Source: Eubacteriales bacterium (GTDB lineage Bacteria; Bacillota; Clostridia; Oscillospirales; CAG-382). From it: DNA of 64,000 bases. Both the position numbers and the translations under genes were made by a program. Shown here in pieces: positions 1 through 8,189 of the stretch; positions within the stretch are counted from its first letter, which is position 1; every line of letters begins with the position of its first letter. The stretch is taken from positions 3,449 to 67,448 of the forward strand of contig JAZOSQ010000053.1 of the NCBI GenBank assembly GCA_045657245.1. The letters are read 5' to 3'. Under the pieces are notes generated by a model, which had not been told where the DNA came from, made no database searches, and saw only the letters and a program-made list of their open reading frames with translations.

Positions 1-1101
1 AATATCCTCACAAGCGTTACCGCTGCTTCGAATATGATTAATCTTTCGCCCGATAATGTCTTGATGAGTGTTCTTCCGATGCACCATACCTATGAATTGA
101 CATGCGGTCAACTTACTGCAATTCGTTTGGGTGTGACTATTTGTATCAATAATAGTCTGAAATATTTGATGAAGAACTTTAAACTTTTCCGTCCAACGGC
201 GATGGTTGTTGTTCCGCTTTACGTTTCGACTCTCAAAAAGAGAATTTCTGATGAGATAAAGAAACGTAACAAAGAAAACATCATTAATGTTGGCGTTAAA
301 GCCACAAAGGTTCTTAGAAAAGTTGGACTTGATGCAAGAAGTCTTGTGTTCTCTGAAATTCTTGCTTCTCTTGGCGGTCGTTTGAAAGAAATTATTTGTG
401 GTGGTGCAGCAACAGATCCCGAAGCAATCAAATGGTTTTCGGATATCGGTATTAATGTTTCTCAAGGTTATGGTATAACCGAATGTTCTCCTCTCGTTGC
501 GGTAAATCCGCTCGTTACGGTTCATTATAATTCTGTCGGCATCGCAATCCCCGGCAGTAAGATAAAGATTATTGCTGACGAGGAAGAAGGCGGCGAAGTC
601 GACATTCCGAACGGTGAAATCGGTGAGATTTGCGTTAAGGGTCCTCACGTTATGCTCGGATATTACAAAGACGAGGAATCAACCAAGGCGGCATTCACCG
701 AAGAAGGATATTTCCGTACAGGCGACTATGGTTATCTTGATGATGACGGATTTCTTTTCATAACCGGCAGAAAGAAGAATATAATTATTCTTGATAACGG
801 CAAGAACGTTTATCCCGAAGAAATCGAGGAATATCTTGCAAAGGTTGAATGTATCCAAGAATGTGTTGTCATCGGCAGAGAAAACGATCTTGGTGAGGTT
901 GTTATAACTGCGTTGATCTATCCCGATTACGATATGTTTAAGGATTGTGACGATTCTGAAATAATCAATAAAATGCGTTCTGAAGTCGCAAAGATAAACA
1001 AGATTCTTCCGACATTCAAACAGATACGCAATATCGAACTCAAAAAGACAGAGTTCGAAAAAACCACAACAAAAAAAATAATGAGATATAAACTCTCATA
1101 A
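1..1101 (+). CDS. AMP-dependent acyl-CoA synthetase/ligase (long-chain-fatty-acid--CoA ligase-like); the 5' end lies outside the window
   Basis: The frame is open from base 1. The C-terminal half carries adenylate-forming enzyme motifs (GYGITE, YFRTGD, GRKKNII). Confidence 0.8.
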   Translation, partial: NILTSVTAASNMINLSPDNVLMSVLPMHHTYELTCGQLTAIRLGVTICINNSLKYLMKNFKLFRPTAMVVVPLYVSTLKKRISDEIKKRNKENIINVGVKATKVLRKVGLDARSLVFSEILASLGGRLKEIICGGAATDPEAIKWFSDIGINVSQGYGITECSPLVAVNPLVTVHYNSVGIAIPGSKIKIIADEEEGGEVDIPNGEIGEICVKGPHVMLGYYKDEESTKAAFTEEGYFRTGDYGYLDDDGFLFITGRKKNIIILDNGKNVYPEEIEEYLAKVECIQECVVIGRENDLGEVVITALIYPDYDMFKDCDDSEIINKMRSEVAKINKILPTFKQIRNIELKKTEFEKTTTKKIMRYKLS

Positions 1102-1116
1102 AAGAAGAGGTACTTT

Positions 1117-1341
1117 ATGCTTTCCAAACTCAAAGACATTCTTGTTGAAGAAATGGACATTTCTGCTGAACTTATCGTTCCCGAAGCAGAACTTATGAAC
1201 GACCTTGGTTTCAATTCTCTTGAACTTGCAGACCTTGTTGTTCTTTGCGAAGAAAAATTCAACATAAGCTTCGATGATAGTGTACTCCCGACACTCCTTA
1301 CCGTCGGCGACGTTGTTGCTTATCTCGAACAGAACGCATAA
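1117..1341 (+). CDS. acyl carrier protein (stand-alone, 74 aa)
   Basis: ACP-like length and a LGFNSLELADL phosphopantetheine-attachment-type serine motif. It starts 15 nt after the ligase stop, behind a GAGG RBS. Confidence 0.75.
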   Translation: MLSKLKDILVEEMDISAELIVPEAELMNDLGFNSLELADLVVLCEEKFNISFDDSVLPTLLTVGDVVAYLEQNA

Positions 1342-1360
1342 GTAAATAATTAAACAAAAA

Positions 1361-1392
1361 ATCACCTTGAATTTTCAAGGTGATTTTGTTTG
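1361..1392 (+). terminator. rho-independent terminator after the ACP gene
   Basis: Perfect hairpin atcaccttga/tcaaggtgat followed by a T-rich tract. Confidence 0.75.
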
Positions 1393-1405
1393 TATTTCGT
1401 AAACA

Positions 1406-1453
1406 CATAAAAATAGACACATCATAAAGGATTTCTCCAAAATGATGTGTCTA
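1406..1453 (-). terminator. rho-independent terminator of the GGGtGRT operon (minus strand)
   Basis: 12-bp perfect stem tagacacatcat/atgatgtgtcta, followed on the minus strand by TTTTTAT. Confidence 0.75.
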
Positions 1454-1498
1454 ATTTGTTTTTATAACTTATTCAGTTAAAAGTAGGGAAGAAGCGGC

Positions 1499-2497
1499 TT
1501 ATTTGCTAGCTTCTTCGATAGCAACTGCACATGCAACAGTCATACCAACCATGGGGTTGTTACCTGCGCCGATCAAGCCCATCATTTCTACGTGAGCGGG
1601 AACGGAGGAGGAACCTGCGAACTGTGCGTCAGAGTGCATTCTACCCATGGTGTCGGTCATACCGTAAGAGGAAGGACCAGCAGCCATATTATCGGGGTGG
1701 AGAGTACGACCGGTACCGCCACCGGAAGCAACGGAGAAATATTCTCTGCCGTTTTCAACACACCACTTCTTGTAGGTGCCTGCAACGGGGTGTTGGAAGC
1801 GGGTGGGGTTGGTGGAGTTACCGGTGATGGAAACGCCAACCTTTTCAAGCTTCATGATAGCAACGCCTTCGGGAACGTTATCAGAGCCGTAGCACTTAAC
1901 GTCTGCACGAGGACCCTTGGAGAAGGGAATTTCCTTAACAACCTTAACTTCTTCGGTATAAGGATCGAATTCGGTTTCAACATAGGTGAAGCCGTTGATA
2001 CGAGAGATGATATATGCAGCGTCTTTGCCGAGACCGTTAAGGATAACGCGGAGAGCGTTCTTACGAACCTTGTTTGCGTTAAGAGCAATCTTGATAGCGC
2101 CTTCAGCAGCAGCGAAGGATTCGTGACCTGCGAGGAAGCAGAAGCAGTCGGTTTCTTCGGAAAGAAGCATTTTACCGAGGTTACCGTGGCCAAGACCAAC
2201 CTTACGGTTTTCTGCAACGGATCCAGGGATACAGAAGGACTGAAGACCGATACCGATTGCAGCAGCAGCGTCAGCAGCTTTGGTGCAACCCTTCTTAATA
2301 GCTATTGCAGCGCCAACAGTGTATGCCCAAACAGCGTTTTCAAAGCAGATGGGCTGGGTGCTGCGGATAATCTTATCGATGTCGATACCCTTAGCGAGAG
2401 TGATTTCTTTGCACTCCTCGATGGAGGAAATGCCGTATTCTTTAAGACAAGCGTTGATTTTCTCAACACGTCTTTCGTAACCTTCAAACAATGACAT
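1499..2497 (-). CDS. GGGtGRT family protein (conserved, function unknown)
   Basis: 332 aa, containing the literal family motif SGGGTGRTLHP. Strong AGGAGG RBS upstream. Confidence 0.85.
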   Translation of the reverse strand: MSLFEGYERRVEKINACLKEYGISSIEECKEITLAKGIDIDKIIRSTQPICFENAVWAYTVGAAIAIKKGCTKAADAAAAIGIGLQSFCIPGSVAENRKVGLGHGNLGKMLLSEETDCFCFLAGHESFAAAEGAIKIALNANKVRKNALRVILNGLGKDAAYIISRINGFTYVETEFDPYTEEVKVVKEIPFSKGPRADVKCYGSDNVPEGVAIMKLEKVGVSITGNSTNPTRFQHPVAGTYKKWCVENGREYFSVASGGGTGRTLHPDNMAAGPSSYGMTDTMGRMHSDAQFAGSSSVPAHVEMMGLIGAGNNPMVGMTVACAVAIEEASK

Positions 2498-2514
2498 GGT
2501 ATTTACCTCCTAAA

Positions 2515-3210
2515 TTATTCATGACGGGGGTCAATATATTTGACCGCGTCTTCAAATCTACCGTAAGTGCCGATGGACTGGTTGTATGCTTCGTTGGGTT
2601 CCATACCTTTTTTGATGAAGTCGGTCATTTTTCCGAGAGATACGAATTCGTAACCGATAACTTCGTCATTTTCGTCAAGAGCCATACGAGTGCAGTAACC
2701 TTCGGTCATTTCGAGGTAACGAACGCCCTTTGCTTTGGAACCATACATAGTACCAACCATGGAACGAGAACCTTTACCGAGGTCTTCCATACCTGCACCG
2801 ATAACAAGACCGCCTTCGGAGAAAGCAGACTGAGAACGACCGTATACGATCTGGAGGAAGAGTTCGCGCATTGCTGTGTTGATAGCATCGCAAACAAGGT
2901 CGGTGTTGAGAGCTTCGAGAATGGTCTTGCCGGGAAGAATTTCAGCAGCCATAGCCGCAGAGTGAGTCATACCGGAGCAACCGATGGTTTCTACGAGAGC
3001 TTCTTCGATAATGCCGTCTTTGACATTAAGAGAAAGCTTGCATGCGCCCTGCTGAGGTGCACACCAACCCACACCGTGAGTGTAAGCGGAAATGTCTTTG
3101 ATTTCCTTTGCCTGTACCCACTTGCCTTCTTCGGGAATGGGAGCAGGACCGTGCTTCGGGCCTTTAGCCACAACGCACATGTTTTCAACTTCTTTTGAAT
3201 ACTGCAACAT
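2515..3210 (-). CDS. NifU/IscU-like N-terminal-domain protein with a roughly 100-aa C-terminal extension
   Basis: Cys-containing scaffold-like motifs (GWCAPQQGAC, IGCSGMTHSA, LVCDAI). It sits 17 nt upstream of the GGGtGRT gene on the same strand. Confidence 0.65.
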   Translation of the reverse strand: MLQYSKEVENMCVVAKGPKHGPAPIPEEGKWVQAKEIKDISAYTHGVGWCAPQQGACKLSLNVKDGIIEEALVETIGCSGMTHSAAMAAEILPGKTILEALNTDLVCDAINTAMRELFLQIVYGRSQSAFSEGGLVIGAGMEDLGKGSRSMVGTMYGSKAKGVRYLEMTEGYCTRMALDENDEVIGYEFVSLGKMTDFIKKGMEPNEAYNQSIGTYGRFEDAVKYIDPRHE

Positions 3211-3246
3211 TGAAAAAAATCCTTTCGCTTTATCTTTTTTATTTGT

Positions 3247-3822
3247 TTATTTTATTATTTCTGCATAAACTTCGCCGCTGCATCCCGCTGCATTCGCTTC
3301 ATCGGTATCGATATGTATTGCAGGAGCAAAATTGGGATTTACTCTAACAACGACGTCACCGAAAATGAGGGAACGGTCTGCTGTACAAACTTTAGCGGAA
3401 ACGATCTGTTTGTCAGAAACGCCAAGTTCTTCGGCAGTAGCAGGGTCAAGGTGCATATGTCTTTTTGCCGCGATAGCGCCTTCGGTGATTTCAACTTCAC
3501 CTGCAGGACCAACAAGCTTCAAAGCACCGCTTCCTGCGATATCACCGGATTCACGTACAGGAACGGAAATTCCGAGCGCACGAGCATCAGTGAGAGAAAT
3601 TTCAACCTGAGTAGCGGGTCTTGTGGGGCCGAGAATAAGCACATTGTTGATTGCGCCTTTGGGACCTACCAAGTTGATTCTTTCATTGCTCGCAAACTGA
3701 CCGGGCTGAGAAAGCATCTTTTTTACAGTAAGGGTTTGTCCTTTACCGAGCAAGGTTTCCATATCTGCTTCCGTAAGGTGTACGTGACGGGCAGACGTTT
3801 CGACGAGTATTTTCTTTTCCAT
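3247..3822 (-). CDS. pduL: phosphate propanoyltransferase / phosphotransacylase PduL
   Basis: 191 aa with the duplicated PduL signature (SARHVHLTEAD and AKRHMHLDPAT). Confidence 0.85.
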   Translation of the reverse strand: MEKKILVETSARHVHLTEADMETLLGKGQTLTVKKMLSQPGQFASNERINLVGPKGAINNVLILGPTRPATQVEISLTDARALGISVPVRESGDIAGSGALKLVGPAGEVEITEGAIAAKRHMHLDPATAEELGVSDKQIVSAKVCTADRSLIFGDVVVRVNPNFAPAIHIDTDEANAAGCSGEVYAEIIK

Positions 3823-3857
3823 TGGTTATATACCGCCTTTCTTTTATTAATCAACTT

Positions 3858-3886
3858 ATTATATATCAAAACTTTCCTTTTGTAAA
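3858..3886 (-). promoter_or_regulatory. candidate sigma-A promoter for pduL / NifU-like / GGGtGRT
   Basis: On the minus strand: TTTACA, 17-nt spacer, TATAAT. Confidence 0.45.
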
Positions 3887-3908
3887 TGGTATTTTGCAAA
3901 AAATTGTG

Positions 3909-3937
3909 TTGAAATAGCAAATGTTGTGTGTTATAAT
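3909..3937 (+). promoter_or_regulatory. candidate sigma-A promoter for aminotransferase-trpS
   Basis: TTGAAA, 17-nt spacer, TATAAT, with TG just upstream of the -10. It lies 35 nt before the ATG. Confidence 0.6.
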
Positions 3938-3972
3938 ACAAGTTATTGAATGGATAATAGGAGAATTTTGCC

Positions 3973-5145
3973 ATGGAATATATTTTTTCAAATAAAGTTA
4001 AGGATATGAAGCCCTCTGCGATCAGAGAAATATTCAAATCGCTTTCCGATCCGAACGTAATTTCTTTTGCTGCAGGAAATCCCTCTCCGCTTTCTTTTCC
4101 TGTTGAAAAGATGCATTCTGTCGCCGAAGAAATTTTTCAGAACGAAGCATCGTTTGCTTTCCAATATGGTATAACCGAAGGTTATCCTCGTTTGAGAGAA
4201 CAAATCTCTTTGCGACTCAAAGAAAGATTCAACACGGGTTCTGATGACGACGAGGTTATCATCACAACGGGCGGACAACAGGGTATAGACCTTTGTGCGA
4301 AAGTACTTTGTAATGAAGGTGACGTTGTTATTTGTGAAAATCCAAGCTTCATCGGTGCGCTTAACGCGTTCCGCTCTTATAACACAAAACTTGTCGGCAT
4401 CGATCTCGAAAATGATGGTATGAACATCGAAGCGCTCGAAAACGCTCTTAAAGCAAACCCGAACGCAAAGATGATATACGTTATACCTACGTTCCAAAAC
4501 CCCGCGGGAATCACAACTTCGCTTGAAAAAAGAAAAGCAATACTTGACTTGGCAAAGAAATATGACGTCATAATTCTCGAAGACAATCCTTATGGAGAAC
4601 TTCGATTCTCGGGCGAAGATGTGCCCACGATAAAGAGTCTTGATACAGAAGGCAGAGTTGTTTACTGTTCTTCTTTCTCGAAGATTCTTTCTGCCGGTAT
4701 GCGTATCGGTTTTGTTTGCGGTCCTAAGGAATTGGTTCAAAAAATCGTCGTTTTGAAACAGGTTAACGACGTTCATACAAATCTTTTCTTCCAAATGGTT
4801 GCATCGAAGTTTATTGATAAATACGGTCTTGACGATCACATTAATTTTATAAAAAAATTATATCGTGATAAATGCAATTTGATGCTTTCCGAACTTGATA
4901 AGCATATTGCGGGCAAAGCGGAATATACTCGTCCCGACGGCGGTTTGTTCATTTGGGTTACCGTTAAAGGCGGCAACGGTGATGAAATAGCGAAGAAAGC
5001 TATTGCAAATAAACTTGCTGTTGTTACGGGTTCAAGCTTTAATCCGATTCAAGGCGGTTACTCTCCTTCGGTCAGACTTAATTATTCTACACCGTCCGAT
5101 GAACAGATCGTTGAAGGTGTAAAACGTCTTGCGAGTGTATTATAA
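3973..5145 (+). CDS. PLP-dependent aminotransferase, class I/II (2-aminoadipate/aromatic aminotransferase-like)
   Basis: 390 aa with the typical fold-type I layout, including SFSKILSAGMRIG with the PLP lysine. Confidence 0.8.
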   Translation: MEYIFSNKVKDMKPSAIREIFKSLSDPNVISFAAGNPSPLSFPVEKMHSVAEEIFQNEASFAFQYGITEGYPRLREQISLRLKERFNTGSDDDEVIITTGGQQGIDLCAKVLCNEGDVVICENPSFIGALNAFRSYNTKLVGIDLENDGMNIEALENALKANPNAKMIYVIPTFQNPAGITTSLEKRKAILDLAKKYDVIILEDNPYGELRFSGEDVPTIKSLDTEGRVVYCSSFSKILSAGMRIGFVCGPKELVQKIVVLKQVNDVHTNLFFQMVASKFIDKYGLDDHINFIKKLYRDKCNLMLSELDKHIAGKAEYTRPDGGLFIWVTVKGGNGDEIAKKAIANKLAVVTGSSFNPIQGGYSPSVRLNYSTPSDEQIVEGVKRLASVL

Positions 5146-5155
5146 GGAGCTTTAT

Positions 5156-6160
5156 ATGGAAAATCAAAATATAAAAAAGACAATTCTTTCGGGTGTACAG
5201 CCGTCCGGAACTTTAACAATCGGTAACTATCTTGGCGCGCTTCGCAATTGGGCAACCTTGCAATATGATTACAACTGCTATTTTTGTGTCGCTGACCTTC
5301 ATGCAATAACTGTTCGTCAGGTGCCTGCGGAGCTTCGTCAAAATTGCTTGAAAACACTTGCACTTTATCTCGCATCAGGCATTGATCCCGAAGCAAATGC
5401 ATTGTTTTTGCAAAGCCACGTTCCCGCTCACGCGGAACTTTCTTGGGTTCTTTCCTGTTACACGATGTTTGGCGAGCTTTCACGTATGACACAATTCAAA
5501 GATAAATCCGCAAAACATTCTGATAATATCAATGCAGGTCTTTTCACATATCCCGTTCTTATGGCGGCGGATATTCTTCTTTATCAACCCGACCTTGTTC
5601 CTGTTGGTAACGATCAAAAACAACACATTGAACTTGCGCGTGATATCGCAAATCGTTTTAACAACACATATTCGGAAACCTTCAAGGTTCCCGAACCTTA
5701 TATGCCCAAGGCGGGTGCAAGAATAATGTCGCTTTCCGATCCGACCTCAAAGATGAGCAAATCTGATTTGGGTGATGGAAGTATATTCTTGCTTGATGAT
5801 AGGGATACTGCTATTCGCAAAATCAAACGTGCCGTTACCGATTCGGGTTCGGAAGTTAAATTTGCCGAAGGTAAGGATGGCATTAATAACCTTATGTCGA
5901 TCTATTCTGCGTTCACAGAAAAGAGCTTCGATGAAATTGAAAAGGAATTTGAAGGCAAGGGATACGGTGTATTCAAACTTGCCGTCGGCGAAGTTGTTGC
6001 TGACGCACTTTCTGATTTCCAGGATAAGTATAAAGTCTTCATTTCCGATAAAGAACAGCTTAACAAGATACTTATTGAAGGCGCACAGAAAGCTTCCTAT
6101 GCCGCAGAAAAGACACTCAGAAAAGTTTACCGTAAGGTCGGTTTTTATTCTGTAAAATAA
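5156..6160 (+). CDS. trpS: tryptophan--tRNA ligase
   Basis: SGVQPSGTLTIGNYLGA (HIGH-type region) and KMSKS are present. The start was moved to the ATG preceded by an AGGAG RBS. Confidence 0.9.
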   Translation: MENQNIKKTILSGVQPSGTLTIGNYLGALRNWATLQYDYNCYFCVADLHAITVRQVPAELRQNCLKTLALYLASGIDPEANALFLQSHVPAHAELSWVLSCYTMFGELSRMTQFKDKSAKHSDNINAGLFTYPVLMAADILLYQPDLVPVGNDQKQHIELARDIANRFNNTYSETFKVPEPYMPKAGARIMSLSDPTSKMSKSDLGDGSIFLLDDRDTAIRKIKRAVTDSGSEVKFAEGKDGINNLMSIYSAFTEKSFDEIEKEFEGKGYGVFKLAVGEVVADALSDFQDKYKVFISDKEQLNKILIEGAQKASYAAEKTLRKVYRKVGFYSVK

Positions 6161-6206
6161 TAAAAATTTATTCCTGACCGAGAATAACGAAAAAGGAAAA
6201 TGATTT

Positions 6207-8189
6207 ATGGCTAAGAAAACAGTCGATTACGATAACCAGACAATTTCATCTCTTAAAGGCGCAGACAGAGTTCGTTTGCGTCCTGCTGTTATTTTCGGAT
6301 CTGACGGTATCGAGGGTTGTCAACACTCTTTCTTTGAAATACTTTCCAACTCTATCGATGAATATCGCGAAGGATATGGCAATCGTATTAACGTCACAGT
6401 ATATAACGACAGAACGATGGAAGTCGAAGACTTTGGACGCGGCGTTCCGCTCGATTGGAACGAAAAAGAACAAAAATACAACTGGGAACTCGTATATTGC
6501 GAACTTTATGCAGGTGGTAAATATAATAACGCTGAAGGCGGTGCATACGAATATTCCCTCGGTTTGAACGGTCTCGGCGCTTGTGCTACTCAGTATGCGT
6601 CCGAATTTATGGACATCACGTCCTATCAAAGAGGTACAAAATACAATATAAGTTTCCAAACGGGTGAACCTGTAACTGAGCTTATAAAAAGCGAATGTCC
6701 AAAGAACAAGACGGGTACAGTCGTTCGCTGGAAGAGTGATAAGGCGGTATTCACAGATACTGCAATTCCTCGCGAATACTTCAGCACAGTATTGAAGAAA
6801 CAAGCGGTTGTAAACGCCGGATTAACTCTTTCTTTGAAATGGCAGAAGACAGATAATTCTTTTGAAACCGAAGAATATTGCTATAATAACGGCATAACCG
6901 ACTATATCAGAGAAATAGTCGGTGAAAATACGCTTTCACCTATTGCGGATTATTCCGCGGAACGTGTTGGTCGTGATAGTCCTGACAGAAGCGAATATAA
7001 GGTAAAAATGCAATTCGCTTGTTGTTTCACAAACGAAGTGAATTTGATTGAATACTATCACAATTCGTCATATCTTGAACACGGCGGTTCTCCCGACAAA
7101 GCGGCAAGAAGCGCTTTCGTTTGGGCGATAGACCAATACGCAAAAAATAACGGAAAATACAACAAAAACGAAAGCAAAATTTTGTTTTCCGACGTAGAGG
7201 ATTCGTTGGTTCTTGTCGTAAACTCTTTTTCAACTCAGACTTCTTATGCAAACCAAACTAAAAAAGCAATAAATAACGTTTTCATCGCAGAAGCGATGAC
7301 CGAATTCTTCAAACATTCTCTCGAGGTTTTCTTTGCTGAAAATCCTCAGGCGGCAGATAAAATCGTAACACAGATACTCGTTAATAAACGTGCAAGAGAA
7401 TCGGCAGAGCATATGAGAGTTTCTTCTAAGAAGAAGCTTACTGCTACGCTTGATATTACTAACACCGTAGAAAAATTTGTCGGTTGCCGTCTTCGTGACC
7501 CCGATAGATGTGAATTATACATCGTTGAAGGCGATTCGGCATTGACGAGTTGTAAATTGGCGAGAGATTCGGAATTTCAGGCGATAATACCCGTTCGTGG
7601 TAAAACGCTCAACTGTCTTAAAGCATCGTTTGACAGAATAATGAAGAGCGATATCATTCTTGACCTTGTTAAAGTTATCGGATGCGGAGTTGAAGCGAAA
7701 CAGCTTCGTGTTAAAGGTGTTTCTTCGTTTGATCTTTCCGCTTTGCGTTGGGATAAAATCATCATATGTACCGATGCCGATGAAGATGGATATCAGATCA
7801 GAACATTGATTTTGACGATGTTTTATCGTCTTCTTCCGACGTTGATTAAAGAAGGTCGTATCTATATCGCAGAAACTCCTCTTTATGAAATTACGTGCGG
7901 TAATGACACACATTTCGCTTACAGCGAAGCAGAAAAAGCTGCTATACTCGAAAAAATCGGCGATAAAAAGTTCACAATACAACGTTCAAAGGGTCTTGGT
8001 GAAAACGATGCGGATATGATGAGTTTAACAACAATGAACCCTGCAACGAGAAGACTTATCAGAATTTCTCCCGAAGACGAAGAAAAGACATATCAAATGT
8101 TTGACGTTCTATTGGGCGATAATATTCTAGGAAGAAAAGACTTTATCGCTAAAAATGGTGCAAAATATCTTAATTTAGCAGATTATTAA
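6207..8189 (+). CDS. type IIA DNA topoisomerase subunit B (GyrB/ParE family, ParE-like)
   Basis: 660 aa with a GHKL ATPase N-terminus and Toprim motifs (EGDSA, PVRGKTLN, DADEDGYQI). Confidence 0.8.
   Translation: MAKKTVDYDNQTISSLKGADRVRLRPAVIFGSDGIEGCQHSFFEILSNSIDEYREGYGNRINVTVYNDRTMEVEDFGRGVPLDWNEKEQKYNWELVYCELYAGGKYNNAEGGAYEYSLGLNGLGACATQYASEFMDITSYQRGTKYNISFQTGEPVTELIKSECPKNKTGTVVRWKSDKAVFTDTAIPREYFSTVLKKQAVVNAGLTLSLKWQKTDNSFETEEYCYNNGITDYIREIVGENTLSPIADYSAERVGRDSPDRSEYKVKMQFACCFTNEVNLIEYYHNSSYLEHGGSPDKAARSAFVWAIDQYAKNNGKYNKNESKILFSDVEDSLVLVVNSFSTQTSYANQTKKAINNVFIAEAMTEFFKHSLEVFFAENPQAADKIVTQILVNKRARESAEHMRVSSKKKLTATLDITNTVEKFVGCRLRDPDRCELYIVEGDSALTSCKLARDSEFQAIIPVRGKTLNCLKASFDRIMKSDIILDLVKVIGCGVEAKQLRVKGVSSFDLSALRWDKIIICTDADEDGYQIRTLILTMFYRLLPTLIKEGRIYIAETPLYEITCGNDTHFAYSEAEKAAILEKIGDKKFTIQRSKGLGENDADMMSLTTMNPATRRLIRISPEDEEKTYQMFDVLLGDNILGRKDFIAKNGAKYLNLADY

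Noticed and set aside
1592-2494. 300-aa ORF on the plus strand antisense to the GGGtGRT gene. Similar long antisense ORFs occur at 3988-4839, 9362-10222, 21183-22304, 22428-23261, 27518-28411, 33392-34588 and 44048-45379.
   Set aside because: Each lies entirely inside a well-supported gene on the other strand. Their compositions are odd (F/V/N/C-rich or repetitive), they have no RBS and they show no recognisable motifs. They are best explained as stop-codon-poor mirror frames caused by the codon bias of the real genes.
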